Of a DNA stretch of 64,000 nucleotides, positions 54,209 through 62,446 are shown piece by piece. Where the stretch lies: NCBI GenBank assembly GCA_017415805.1, contig JAFQEC010000019.1, forward strand, positions 4,814 to 68,813. Direction: 5' to 3'. The stretch's first letter is position 1, and each line of letters begins with the position of its first letter. The stretch comes from Clostridia bacterium (GTDB taxonomy: Bacteria; Bacillota; Clostridia; Oscillospirales; CAG-272). The notes below the pieces were generated by a model, which saw only the letters and a program-made list of their open reading frames with translations, searched no databases and was not told where the DNA came from. The translations under genes were made by a program, and so were the position numbers.

Positions 54209-54499
54209 ATGCTGACAAGTAAACAACGCGCACATCTGCGCTCGCTGGCATCCACCGAGGATACCATTATGCAGATCGGCAAAAACGGGATTACGGAGAC
54301 GCTGATCGCCACCGTGGGTGACGCGCTGGAGGCGCGGGAGCTCATCAAGCTCCGCGTGCTGGAAAACAGCGGTATGACCGTGCGTGAGGCCGCCGAGGAG
54401 CTGGCAGCCGCAACCGAGGCCGAGGTGGTATCGGTGATCGGTACAAAATGTATTCTGTACCGTGAATCCAAAACCAAAAAGCGTATCGAGCTATGCTGA
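54209..54499 (+). CDS. yhbY: YhbY-family (CRM-domain) ribosome-assembly RNA-binding protein
   Basis: LTSKQRAHLRSLAS...MQIGKNGITE...ELIKLRVL pattern. Confidence 0.85.
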   Translation: MLTSKQRAHLRSLASTEDTIMQIGKNGITETLIATVGDALEARELIKLRVLENSGMTVREAAEELAAATEAEVVSVIGTKCILYRESKTKKRIELC

Positions 54500-55107
54500 A
54501 CGGACAGCTGCGCATCGGCATCTACGGCGGCACGTTTGCCCCCATTCACAACGGGCACGTGGCGGCGGCAGAGGCCTTTCTTCGCGGAATGGAGCTGGAT
54601 CTGCTTTACGTGATCCCCGCCGCCATTCCGCCGCACAAGCAGATCGACGCGTCGGACGACCCCATACATCGCTTGCGTATGTGCGAGCGCGTGTTTGCGG
54701 GGCGGCGCGACATTCTTGTCTCGGATATGGAGATCGCGCGCGGCGGCCGAAGCTACACCGTGGATACCCTGCGCGCCCTTTCGGGCGCGGATCGGCGGCT
54801 GTTTTTGCTCATGGGCACGGATATGATGCTCACACTGGACGAGTGGCGCGAGAGCGAGGAGATCTTCCGTCTTTGCTACCCCGTGTACGTGCGGCGCGAG
54901 AGCGACCCGATATTAGAGGCGCGGATCGTGGCCAAGAACAAGGAGTATCTGGAGAAATTCGGCAAGATCGTGCGCCGCTTGCCCGTGAACGTCGTGGAGC
55001 TGGCATCCAGCGACATCCGCGCGTGTGTGGGGCGCGGCGAAGCGTGGGAGCATCTGGTGCCCCCCGTAGTCGCAGACTATATCAAGGAGCACCGCCTGTA
55101 TGAGTGA
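54493..55107 (+). CDS. nadD: nicotinate-nucleotide adenylyltransferase
   Basis: GIYGGTFAPIHNGH (H/T-x-G-H) motif, C-terminal SSDIR. Confidence 0.92.
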   Translation: MLNGQLRIGIYGGTFAPIHNGHVAAAEAFLRGMELDLLYVIPAAIPPHKQIDASDDPIHRLRMCERVFAGRRDILVSDMEIARGGRSYTVDTLRALSGADRRLFLLMGTDMMLTLDEWRESEEIFRLCYPVYVRRESDPILEARIVAKNKEYLEKFGKIVRRLPVNVVELASSDIRACVGRGEAWEHLVPPVVADYIKEHRLYE

Positions 55108-55729
55108 AGCGATCACCGAGCAAATGCTAACGGCCCTGCGCGCCGAGATGGAGCGCACGCTCTCGCCCACCCGCTTTGCACACACGAAGGGCGTGGAGCG
55201 TATGGCGGCCTTTATGGCGCAGCTGTACTGCCCCACGCTGGAGAGCGAGCTGCGCGCCGCGGCGCTCTTGCACGATTCCACTAAGGAATACACCGATGCG
55301 CGGCAGCTTGAAATTCTCGCCGCAAACGGTGTCGCGCTGCGACCCGATGAAGCACGCGCGCCCAAGATCTGGCACGCGATGACCGCCGCGCTGGAGATCC
55401 CTGTACGTTACCCTGTATTCGCCACACCCACCGTGCTCGGCGCGGTGCGCTGGCACACCACGGGGCGCGCGGATATGACGCAGGCCGAGGCGATCCTGTA
55501 CCTCGCGGACCTCATCGAGGAGAATCGCAATTACCCCGCGCTGGTCGTGTTGCGCAATCGCTTTTTGGGGGCAGACCCCAAGACACTCGCGCCCGATGCA
55601 CGGCTCGTGCTTTTGCACGAGGTGCTGTGTGCGGCACTCGCGCAAGCGGCAGAGAAGCTGGGAGAGGGCGCGTGCGCGGATACGCTGTCCGCACTGAATT
55701 ATGAAACCGATGTTCTGAAAGGGAAATGA
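55100..55729 (+). CDS. yqeK: HD-domain protein YqeK (Ap4A hydrolase family)
   Basis: HD motif LLHDSTKE, RWHTTGR; conserved position after nadD. Confidence 0.85.
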   Translation: MSEAITEQMLTALRAEMERTLSPTRFAHTKGVERMAAFMAQLYCPTLESELRAAALLHDSTKEYTDARQLEILAANGVALRPDEARAPKIWHAMTAALEIPVRYPVFATPTVLGAVRWHTTGRADMTQAEAILYLADLIEENRNYPALVVLRNRFLGADPKTLAPDARLVLLHEVLCAALAQAAEKLGEGACADTLSALNYETDVLKGK

Positions 55730-55732
55730 AAT

Positions 55733-56140
55733 ATGGAATTTAGCTTTGAAAACTGGGAGAATCTGCCCTCGCTCGCCGAGGCGGATGCTCGCACGCTGGC
55801 CGAGACCATGCGCGACATTCTGGATGCCAAGAAGGCAAAGAACGCCGTGGTGCTGCACGTCACGGCAAAGAGCGACATCACCGATTACCTGGTGCTGGCC
55901 AGTGCCAACACCGCCACGCACGTGCACGCCCTTGCCGACGAGCTGGAGTTTCGCATGGCACAGCGCGGTGTCACGCCGCTTCACGCCGACGGACGCAACG
56001 CGCGCTCCTGGCAGGTGGTGGATTTCGGCACCGTGATGGTGCACATCTTTGACCGCGAGGCAAGAGAATTTTACAATCTGGACAAGCTGTACCGCGACAC
56101 CGAGGAGCTTGACGCGGTAAGCGAGAGCGAAAGGGGATAA
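55733..56140 (+). CDS. rsfS: ribosome silencing factor RsfS
   Basis: Iojap/RsfS pattern DITDYLVLASANTATHVHALADE...WQVVDFGTVMVHIF...REFYNLDKLY. Confidence 0.9.
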   Translation: MEFSFENWENLPSLAEADARTLAETMRDILDAKKAKNAVVLHVTAKSDITDYLVLASANTATHVHALADELEFRMAQRGVTPLHADGRNARSWQVVDFGTVMVHIFDREAREFYNLDKLYRDTEELDAVSESERG

Positions 56141-56144
56141 ACAA

Positions 56145-58550
56145 ATGAAATACGATTTCGCCGCCATTGAGCAAAAATGGCAAGAGAAATGGGAGAAGGC
56201 GGGCGTGTTCCACGCCGCCGACCACAGCGACAAGCCGAAGTTCTACGGCCTTGTCGAGTTCCCGTACCCCAGCGGTGCGGGTATGCACGTGGGCCACATC
56301 AAGGCCTATTCGGGCCTGGAGGTGGTCAGCCGCAAGCGCCGTATGCAGGGCTACAACGTCCTGTTCCCGATCGGCTTTGACGCCTACGGCCTTCCCACCG
56401 AAAACTACGCCATCAAGACGGGCATCCACCCCCGTGAGGTGACCGACCGCAATATCGCGCGCTTTACCCAGCAGCTCAAGCGTGTGGGCTTCTCCTTCGA
56501 CTGGGATCGCGTGGTCGATACCACCGAGGAGAAATACTACAAGTGGACGCAGTGGATCTTTTTGCAGATGTTCGAGAAGGGCCTTGTGTTCCGTGACACG
56601 GCACTGGTGAACTATTGCCCTAGCTGTAAGGTCGTGCTCTCCAACGAGGATTCGCAGGGCGGCAAGTGCGACATCTGCAAGAGCGACATCGTGCAGCGCT
56701 CCAAGGACGTGTGGTATCTGCGCATCACCGCCTATGCCGACCGACTGTTGGACGGTCTTGAGACTGTGGAGTACCCCGGTAACATCAAGATGCAGCAGGT
56801 CAACTGGATCGGCCGCAGCACGGGTGCTTTTGTCAATTTCGGCATCTCGGGCAGCGACGAGAAGCTGCGCATCTACACCACCCGTCCCGACACGCTCTTT
56901 GGCGTGACCTTCATGGTCATCGCGCCCGAGCATCCCCTGATCGAAAAGAACCGCGACCGCATCACGAACATGGACGCGCTGGAGGCCTACCGTGCCGAAT
57001 GCGCAAAGAAGACCGAGTTCGAGCGCACCCAGATGAACAAGGATAAGACGGGCGTGCGCATCGAGGGGCTTTGCGGCATTCACCCCATTACGGGCAAGCA
57101 GATCCCCATCTACATCTCGGACTACGTGATGATGGGCTACGGCACGGGTGCCATTATGGCCGTGCCCGCGCATGACGAGCGTGACTACGCCTTTGCCAAG
57201 AAGTTCGGTATCGACATCATCGAGGTCATCCGCGGCGGCAATGTCGAGAAGGAAGCCTATACGGGTGAGGGCGAGATGGTCAACTCCGATTTCCTGAATG
57301 GCATTTCGGGCAAAAAGGAGAGCATCGCACGCATGATCGCCGAGCTGGAAAAGCTGGGCGTCGGCGAGGAGGGCGTGCAGTATAAGATGAAGGACTGGGC
57401 CTTCAACCGTCAGCGCTACTGGGGCGAGCCCATTCCGATCGTGCACTGTCCCACGTGCGGCATGGTCCCCGTGCCGTACAGCGAGCTGCCCTTGCGGCTG
57501 CCCGCGATGGAGAATTTTGCACCCGGCGAGGGCGGCGAATCGCCCCTTGCCAAGGTGGAGTCCTTCGTGCATTGCAAGTGCCCGCGCTGCGGCGGTGCCG
57601 CCAAGCGCGAGACCGATACCATGCCCCAGTGGGCAGGCTCGTCGTGGTACTTCCTGCGCTATATCGATCCTCTGAACGAGGATGCACTGGCCGACCCCGA
57701 GAAGCTGCGCTACTGGCTGCCCGTGGACTGGTACAACGGCGGTATGGAGCACGTTACGCGCCACCTCATTTACAGCCGCTTCTGGCACAAGTTCCTCTTT
57801 GACCTTGGCGTGGTGCCCACCGACGAGCCCTATGCCAAGCGCAGTGCACAGGGCCTCATTCTCGGCCCCGACGGGCAGAAGATGTCCAAGTCGCGCGGCA
57901 ACGTCATCGACCCACTTTCGGTTGTGGACGAGTTCGGTGCCGACACCCTGCGTGTCTATATCCTGTTTATGGGTGACTACGGTGCGGCCGCACCCTGGTC
58001 CGAGAGCAGCATGCGCGGCTGTAAGCGCTTCCTTGACCGCATCGTTGGCCTTGCTGACACGGCAAAGGGCAACGGCGTGACGTCTAAGAATCTGGAGTCG
58101 GCCTTCCACCGCACCATCAAGAAGGTGAGCGCTGACATTGAGGAGATGAAGTTCAACACCGCGATCGCCGCCATGATGGAGCTGCTCAACGAGATCGACA
58201 AGGCAGGCTCGGTCACGGTGGATGAGGTCAAGACGCTGGTCTCGCTGCTTTGCCCCTTCGCGCCCCACGTGTGCGAGGAGATCTGGGAGAAGCTTGGTGG
58301 CCAAGGCCTTTGCTCGCTGGCCGCGTGGCCCGTATACGACGAGGCCAAGACCGTCTCGGACACCGTGGAGATCGCCGTGCAGATCTGCGGCAAGCTCCGT
58401 GCCGTTGTCGAGATGCCCACCGCTGCCTCGCGCGAGGAGATAGCGGCACTTGCCAAGGCAGACGCGCGCGTAGTTGCGGCTCTGGAGGGCAAGACCATTG
58501 TCAAGGAGATCGTCGTACCGGGTAAAATTGTGAATTTGGTCGTCAAATAA
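56145..58550 (+). CDS. leuS: leucine-tRNA ligase
   Basis: Class I HIGH (HVGH) and KMSKS motifs, CP1 editing domain, 801 aa. Confidence 0.98.
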   Translation: MKYDFAAIEQKWQEKWEKAGVFHAADHSDKPKFYGLVEFPYPSGAGMHVGHIKAYSGLEVVSRKRRMQGYNVLFPIGFDAYGLPTENYAIKTGIHPREVTDRNIARFTQQLKRVGFSFDWDRVVDTTEEKYYKWTQWIFLQMFEKGLVFRDTALVNYCPSCKVVLSNEDSQGGKCDICKSDIVQRSKDVWYLRITAYADRLLDGLETVEYPGNIKMQQVNWIGRSTGAFVNFGISGSDEKLRIYTTRPDTLFGVTFMVIAPEHPLIEKNRDRITNMDALEAYRAECAKKTEFERTQMNKDKTGVRIEGLCGIHPITGKQIPIYISDYVMMGYGTGAIMAVPAHDERDYAFAKKFGIDIIEVIRGGNVEKEAYTGEGEMVNSDFLNGISGKKESIARMIAELEKLGVGEEGVQYKMKDWAFNRQRYWGEPIPIVHCPTCGMVPVPYSELPLRLPAMENFAPGEGGESPLAKVESFVHCKCPRCGGAAKRETDTMPQWAGSSWYFLRYIDPLNEDALADPEKLRYWLPVDWYNGGMEHVTRHLIYSRFWHKFLFDLGVVPTDEPYAKRSAQGLILGPDGQKMSKSRGNVIDPLSVVDEFGADTLRVYILFMGDYGAAAPWSESSMRGCKRFLDRIVGLADTAKGNGVTSKNLESAFHRTIKKVSADIEEMKFNTAIAAMMELLNEIDKAGSVTVDEVKTLVSLLCPFAPHVCEEIWEKLGGQGLCSLAAWPVYDEAKTVSDTVEIAVQICGKLRAVVEMPTAASREEIAALAKADARVVAALEGKTIVKEIVVPGKIVNLVVK

Positions 58551-58576
58551 GCGGCTTAGTTTGTTGAAAAGCAATT

Positions 58577-58755
58577 CCTGCGTGTCATCTTGAACGGAGT
58601 CCGCCCCGAGATCCCGCTACCGCACCTTCGCTTTGCTACGGTTCGATTGCGCTTCGCTCCACTCAGGATGACACAGGGCGGACGGAGTCGAAACCCGCAG
58701 GGCAAACGGCAAGGCCGTTTGGATCTCGCAGGAAACCGTTCACTTGTTCGCAGGC
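58577..58755. other. GC-rich structured non-coding element of unknown type
   Basis: CCTGCGTGTCATC (58577-58589) is complementary to GATGACACAGG (58667-58677). GTCCGCC/GGCGGAC and ACGGAGTC motifs are duplicated. There are three CGCAGG copies (58697, 58727, 58749) and a hairpin AAACGGC-AAG-GCCGTTT (58704-58720). Confidence 0.3.
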
Positions 58756-58813
58756 TTATGACCGAATAAAATAACCCGATTGCAAAAAATCCGAACAAAA
58801 ATTGCAAATGCTA

Positions 58814-58842
58814 TTGACACGAGAGGCAAAAGCGTGTATAAT
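58814..58842 (+). promoter_or_regulatory. sigma-A-type promoter for rpsU
   Basis: TTGACA (58814-58819), 17 nt with TG, TATAAT (58837-58842). Confidence 0.6.
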
Positions 58843-58886
58843 AGTAACGATATTTTGGTTTGTACCGCGAGGGGAGGGATATAGAA

Positions 58887-59063
58887 ATGGCAGAAGTAAA
58901 ACTGAAGGAGGGCGAGTCCCTTGACAGTGCTCTGCGTCGCTTTAAGCGTCAGTGCGCACGTTCCGGTGTGCTTGCCGAACTTCGCAAGAGAGAGCATTAC
59001 GAGAAGCCCAGCGTGAAGCGTAAGAAGAAGTCCGAAGCTGCACGCAAGCGTAAGTACAAGTAA
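58887..59063 (+). CDS. rpsU: 30S ribosomal protein S21
   Basis: [34 protein letters not shown]21 signature; GGGGAGGG SD. Confidence 0.95.
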   Translation: MAEVKLKEGESLDSALRRFKRQCARSGVLAELRKREHYEKPSVKRKKKSEAARKRKYK

Positions 59064-59071
59064 TGAATAAA

Positions 59072-59105
59072 ATTGCCTGCGTTCATATGAACGCAGGCAA
59101 TTTTG
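59072..59105 (+). terminator. terminator after rpsU
   Basis: Perfect palindrome ATTGCCTGCGTTCATATGAACGCAGGCAAT followed by TTTTGTTT. Confidence 0.85.
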
Positions 59106-59115
59106 TTTGCGATAA

Positions 59116-59144
59116 AGATCCCCCGCTGTGACGGCGGGGGATCT
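59116..59144 (-). terminator. probable terminator after the DUF368 gene
   Basis: 11-bp stem AGATCCCCCGC / GCGGGGGATCT; weak U tract on the minus strand. Confidence 0.5.
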
Positions 59145-59146
59145 GC

Positions 59147-60184
59147 TTATTTGCTTTGTGCTTGACAGCCCGAAATTGCAGTGTCCTCGGTGTCGGCATC
59201 GCTCACGGTGTTTCGCGTACCGTGATGCGGCTCTGCCTCGGGCATGGGCTCGCCCGCTTTGGCGGCGGCCGCCTCTTGCATGGCGGTCTCCATGGTGTTT
59301 TTGGGGATCAGCCCCACGTAGCGCAACACAAAGGGTACCCACGTGTAGGCAAAGAAGCCTGCGGCGGCAAGCACGATCGCCCATACCATCTGCGGACCTG
59401 TGAAGTGCGCGAGGAAATTGGGGTTGTCGATGATGCACTTTTTGATGACGATCAGCGGCGCGACACACACCAGCGCGTAGTTCACGCAATGCAGCTGGCG
59501 CGGATAGCGCTTGGTGAGATACCGCAGACCCTTGGAAAGGAAGAACGAGCCGATTCCGTAGCCGATGACGTAGGCAAGGAACAGGAACAGACGCGAGGGG
59601 TTGGTGATCAGCGCGCCGAAATCGCCCATCAGGTTGATGAGGGCGTAATAGTAGCCCATAGCCATGAGCGTGACGGCAAAGTCCACACCCGGGATCACCA
59701 GCGTGGTCGAGGTGACGATGCCCACGCACATCATGGTGATATAGTCCTTGGGGAAGGCGATGGTTTCAAATATAATATCCTGACCTGCCGAAACAAGGAA
59801 GGAATAGAGCAGGAACACGGCGGCAACCACACCCATAATGACCAGATTGACGGGCTTTTTGAAGTCCTTGCGCGTTTCCACGGTCATGCGCGGGATTGTG
59901 CCGATCAGAAAGCCGAGGACCGCACCCGTCATCGCAACGGGAAAACGCTCGTAAACGGTGTTGACCGCCACGGCACCCACCAGTGCGCCCGAGGCGTAGC
60001 CCGCCACCAGCGTGGCCAGAAACGCGAGGCTCTTTTTGGGCTTGGAAAAAACGTGGCTGATCGCATAGATCATGTCGTAATATACGAGCATGACAATGGC
60101 GATGGTGCTGGAGCTTAGCCCGGGGATGGCTAACCCACAAAAGCCCATCAGTGCACCCTTGAGATATAAAACGATCTTGTTCAT
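59147..60184 (-). CDS. DUF368-family membrane protein (PopT-like polyprenyl-phosphate transporter family)
   Basis: Two internal repeats with IPGLSSSTIAIV and IPGVDFAVTLMAMGYY motifs, multi-TM; acidic ~45-aa C-terminal tail. Confidence 0.7.
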   Translation of the reverse strand: MNKIVLYLKGALMGFCGLAIPGLSSSTIAIVMLVYYDMIYAISHVFSKPKKSLAFLATLVAGYASGALVGAVAVNTVYERFPVAMTGAVLGFLIGTIPRMTVETRKDFKKPVNLVIMGVVAAVFLLYSFLVSAGQDIIFETIAFPKDYITMMCVGIVTSTTLVIPGVDFAVTLMAMGYYYALINLMGDFGALITNPSRLFLFLAYVIGYGIGSFFLSKGLRYLTKRYPRQLHCVNYALVCVAPLIVIKKCIIDNPNFLAHFTGPQMVWAIVLAAAGFFAYTWVPFVLRYVGLIPKNTMETAMQEAAAAKAGEPMPEAEPHHGTRNTVSDADTEDTAISGCQAQSK

Positions 60185-60468
60185 GACACCTTCCCACACA
60201 AAACGCACGGCATATGCCGATTGTTGACAGTTACAATAAGAATAGCACGAAGATATGAACAAACCGTGACAAACCGTTGCGTTTTGAAAATTTTTAACTC
60301 CGAAACGGTATGGATTTTGTCTGTTTTTTGCATTTGTAGCGAAACACACTTCAAAACGCAGCAAGTGAGCGCGGTCAACGCCGATAAACCGGGGTGCTTT
60401 GCGGCCTTTTTTGTGATATACACGGCAGAATGAAGATTAAAAAAATTACAAAAAATTATAAAAAACTA

Positions 60469-60497
60469 TGTACAGATGAATTTACATCGTGTATAAT
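60469..60497 (+). promoter_or_regulatory. candidate promoter for nagBA
   Basis: TGTACA (60469-60474), 17 nt ending TG, TATAAT (60492-60497). Confidence 0.4.
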
Positions 60498-60604
60498 GGT
60501 ATCGTAAAAGGCATTTTTGCTCACACCAAGTGAAGCAAAGGTGCTCTCTGCAAGCGCGTTTGATAAGGAAATCCAATAAATTTTAACATACAAGGAGAAC
60601 CGCC

Positions 60605-61330
60605 ATGAAGATCATCGTTTGCAAGAATTATGAGGAGATGTCGCAAAAGGGCGCTGCGCTCATCGCAGACGTCATCAAGAGCAATCCGAAGGCCATCCTC
60701 GGCCTTGCCACGGGAAACTCTCCCATCGGCATTTATCGCAATCTCGTTGCCGCGTACGAGCGCGGAGAGCTCGATTTTGCCGAGGTGCGCTCCTTCAATC
60801 TGGACGAGTATCTGCCCATCGACCCCACCGATCCCAACAGCTACTGTGCATTTATGCACGAGAACCTCTGGGATAAGGTCAATATGAAGAGCGAGAACTG
60901 CAATATTCCCTCGGGCAAGTCGGTGGAGGATGCCGAGGCCGAGTGCCGCGCCTACGATGCACGCATCCAGGCCGCAGGCGGCATCGACATTCAGCTTCTG
61001 GGCATCGGCCGCAACGGCCACATCGGGTTTAATGAGCCCGCCGACGCTCTCTTGATGGGCACGCACCCCGTCACGCTGACCGAGAGCACTCTTATAGCAA
61101 ACGGTCCCTTGTTCGACGATCCCGCAAAGATGCCCCGTCATGCCGTGACCATGGGTCTTGGCGGCATTTTCTCGGCCAAGAAGGTACTGCTGGTTGCCAA
61201 TGGCAAGAGCAAGCACGAGGCCATTCGCGGCATGATCGGTGACGAGGTCACCACGTCCAATCCCGCCTCGCTGCTCAAGCTTCATCCCGATCTGACCCTG
61301 ATCTGCGACGAAGAAGCCTATAATGGCTGA
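60605..61330 (+). CDS. nagB: glucosamine-6-phosphate deaminase
   Basis: NagB pattern LGLATGNSPIGIYR, FNLDEY, LLGIGRNGHIGFNEP. Confidence 0.93.
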   Translation: MKIIVCKNYEEMSQKGAALIADVIKSNPKAILGLATGNSPIGIYRNLVAAYERGELDFAEVRSFNLDEYLPIDPTDPNSYCAFMHENLWDKVNMKSENCNIPSGKSVEDAEAECRAYDARIQAAGGIDIQLLGIGRNGHIGFNEPADALLMGTHPVTLTESTLIANGPLFDDPAKMPRHAVTMGLGGIFSAKKVLLVANGKSKHEAIRGMIGDEVTTSNPASLLKLHPDLTLICDEEAYNG

Positions 61331-62390
61331 TTTCGTTCTGAAGAACGTCAAGCTGGGCGGACGGATCACGGATCTGACCGCCTCGCGCGAGAACGGCAGG
61401 ATCCTCTCTGTCGGCCGTACGGATGCCGCGGGGCGCGATCTGCGCGGTGCGGAGATCGTGGCGGGCTATATCGACATTCACAGTCACGGGTGTATGGGCT
61501 ACAACGTGACCGAGGGGAAGGGCTTTCCCGAAATGTCGGCCTTCCTTGCCGCCAACGGCACCACCTCGTGGTGCCCCACCACCGAGACCGTGCCTGTGTC
61601 CGAGCTTCGCGCACTGCTGCGCAAAAGCCCCGACACGGGTAAGGGGGCGCATGCGCTGGGCTTCCATCTGGAGGGCCCCTACATCAGCCTTGCGTACCGT
61701 GGGGCCATGAATCCCGATTACGCGCGTCTGCCCGATACGGCAGATTTCAAGGGGCTGGAGCACATCGTCATGATGACTCTCGCCCCCGAGCTTGAAGGAG
61801 CGCTTGATTTCATTCGAAGCGCGCCGTTTCACTGCTCGGTGGGGCACACCAACGCCACCTATGAGGAGGCAAGGGCGGCCTTTGCCGCGGGTGCGGACTG
61901 CGTTACACATCTGTTCAACGCCATGTCGCCGATGCACCACCGCGAGCCCGCGGTTGCGGGGGCGGCACTGACCGAGGGGGCGTACGTGCAGGTCATCAGC
62001 GACGGCATCCATCTGCACCCCGCCACTGTGCTTGCCGCCTACCGTATGTACGGCAGCGACCGTATGATCCTGATCAGCGATGCGATGAGCGCTACGGGAC
62101 TTGGCGACGGAGCGTATACGCTCGGTGGGATGGACGTCACGGTTACGGACGGCGTGGCGCGCACCGCAAGCGGCGCGCTGGCAGGTAGCACCGTCACACT
62201 CGGTGAGTGCGTGCGGCGTGCCGTTTCCTTCGGCATCCCGCGTGACGAGGCGCTGAAAATGGCCTCCGAAACGCCTGCGAAATATCTGGGGCTGCCGAAG
62301 GGCAAGCTCGCACCGGGGTACGATGCCGACATTCTGATCGTAGACGAGGCGCTCAACGTGAAGGAGACGATCCTTTGTCACGCGCTTTGA
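61323..62390 (+). CDS. nagA: N-acetylglucosamine-6-phosphate deacetylase
   Basis: Amidohydrolase metal motifs YIDIHSHG, HLEGPY, HLFNAM, ISDAMSATG; overlaps nagB by 8 nt. Confidence 0.85.
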   Translation: MADFVLKNVKLGGRITDLTASRENGRILSVGRTDAAGRDLRGAEIVAGYIDIHSHGCMGYNVTEGKGFPEMSAFLAANGTTSWCPTTETVPVSELRALLRKSPDTGKGAHALGFHLEGPYISLAYRGAMNPDYARLPDTADFKGLEHIVMMTLAPELEGALDFIRSAPFHCSVGHTNATYEEARAAFAAGADCVTHLFNAMSPMHHREPAVAGAALTEGAYVQVISDGIHLHPATVLAAYRMYGSDRMILISDAMSATGLGDGAYTLGGMDVTVTDGVARTASGALAGSTVTLGECVRRAVSFGIPRDEALKMASETPAKYLGLPKGKLAPGYDADILIVDEALNVKETILCHAL

Positions 62391-62392
62391 AC

Positions 62393-62432
62393 AAAAAGAA
62401 CAACAGGCAGTTGCCTGTTGTTCTTTTTGTTT
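62393..62432. terminator. bidirectional terminator
   Basis: 16-bp stem AAAAGAACAACAGGCA / TGCCTGTTGTTCTTTT, 2-nt loop. Confidence 0.85.
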
Positions 62433-62446
62433 GTATGGCGCAATTC

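Noticed and set aside
55971-58574. 867-aa minus-strand ORF
   Set aside because: It is antisense to leuS (HIGH/KMSKS present on the plus strand) and extends into non-coding DNA.
58631-58660. tRNA-like T-loop (GGTTCGATTGC)
   Set aside because: No acceptor stem, D arm or anticodon arm can be drawn around it. I found no tRNA or rRNA genes anywhere in the window.
58556-58807. 83-aa minus-strand ORF after leuS
   Set aside because: It is the translation of the structured GC-rich element (VILSGAKRNR...). It has no SD and resembles the spurious peptides produced by palindromic repeats.
60181-60433. 70-aa (+) and 80-aa (-) ORFs in the DUF368-nagB spacer
   Set aside because: They have no SD, overlap each other on opposite strands, and show implausible composition.
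60504-60604. Riboswitch or glmS-ribozyme-like element in the nagB 5' UTR
   Set aside because: It contains only one imperfect hairpin, no terminator and no recognisable glmS core. The glmS ribozyme belongs upstream of glmS, not nagB.
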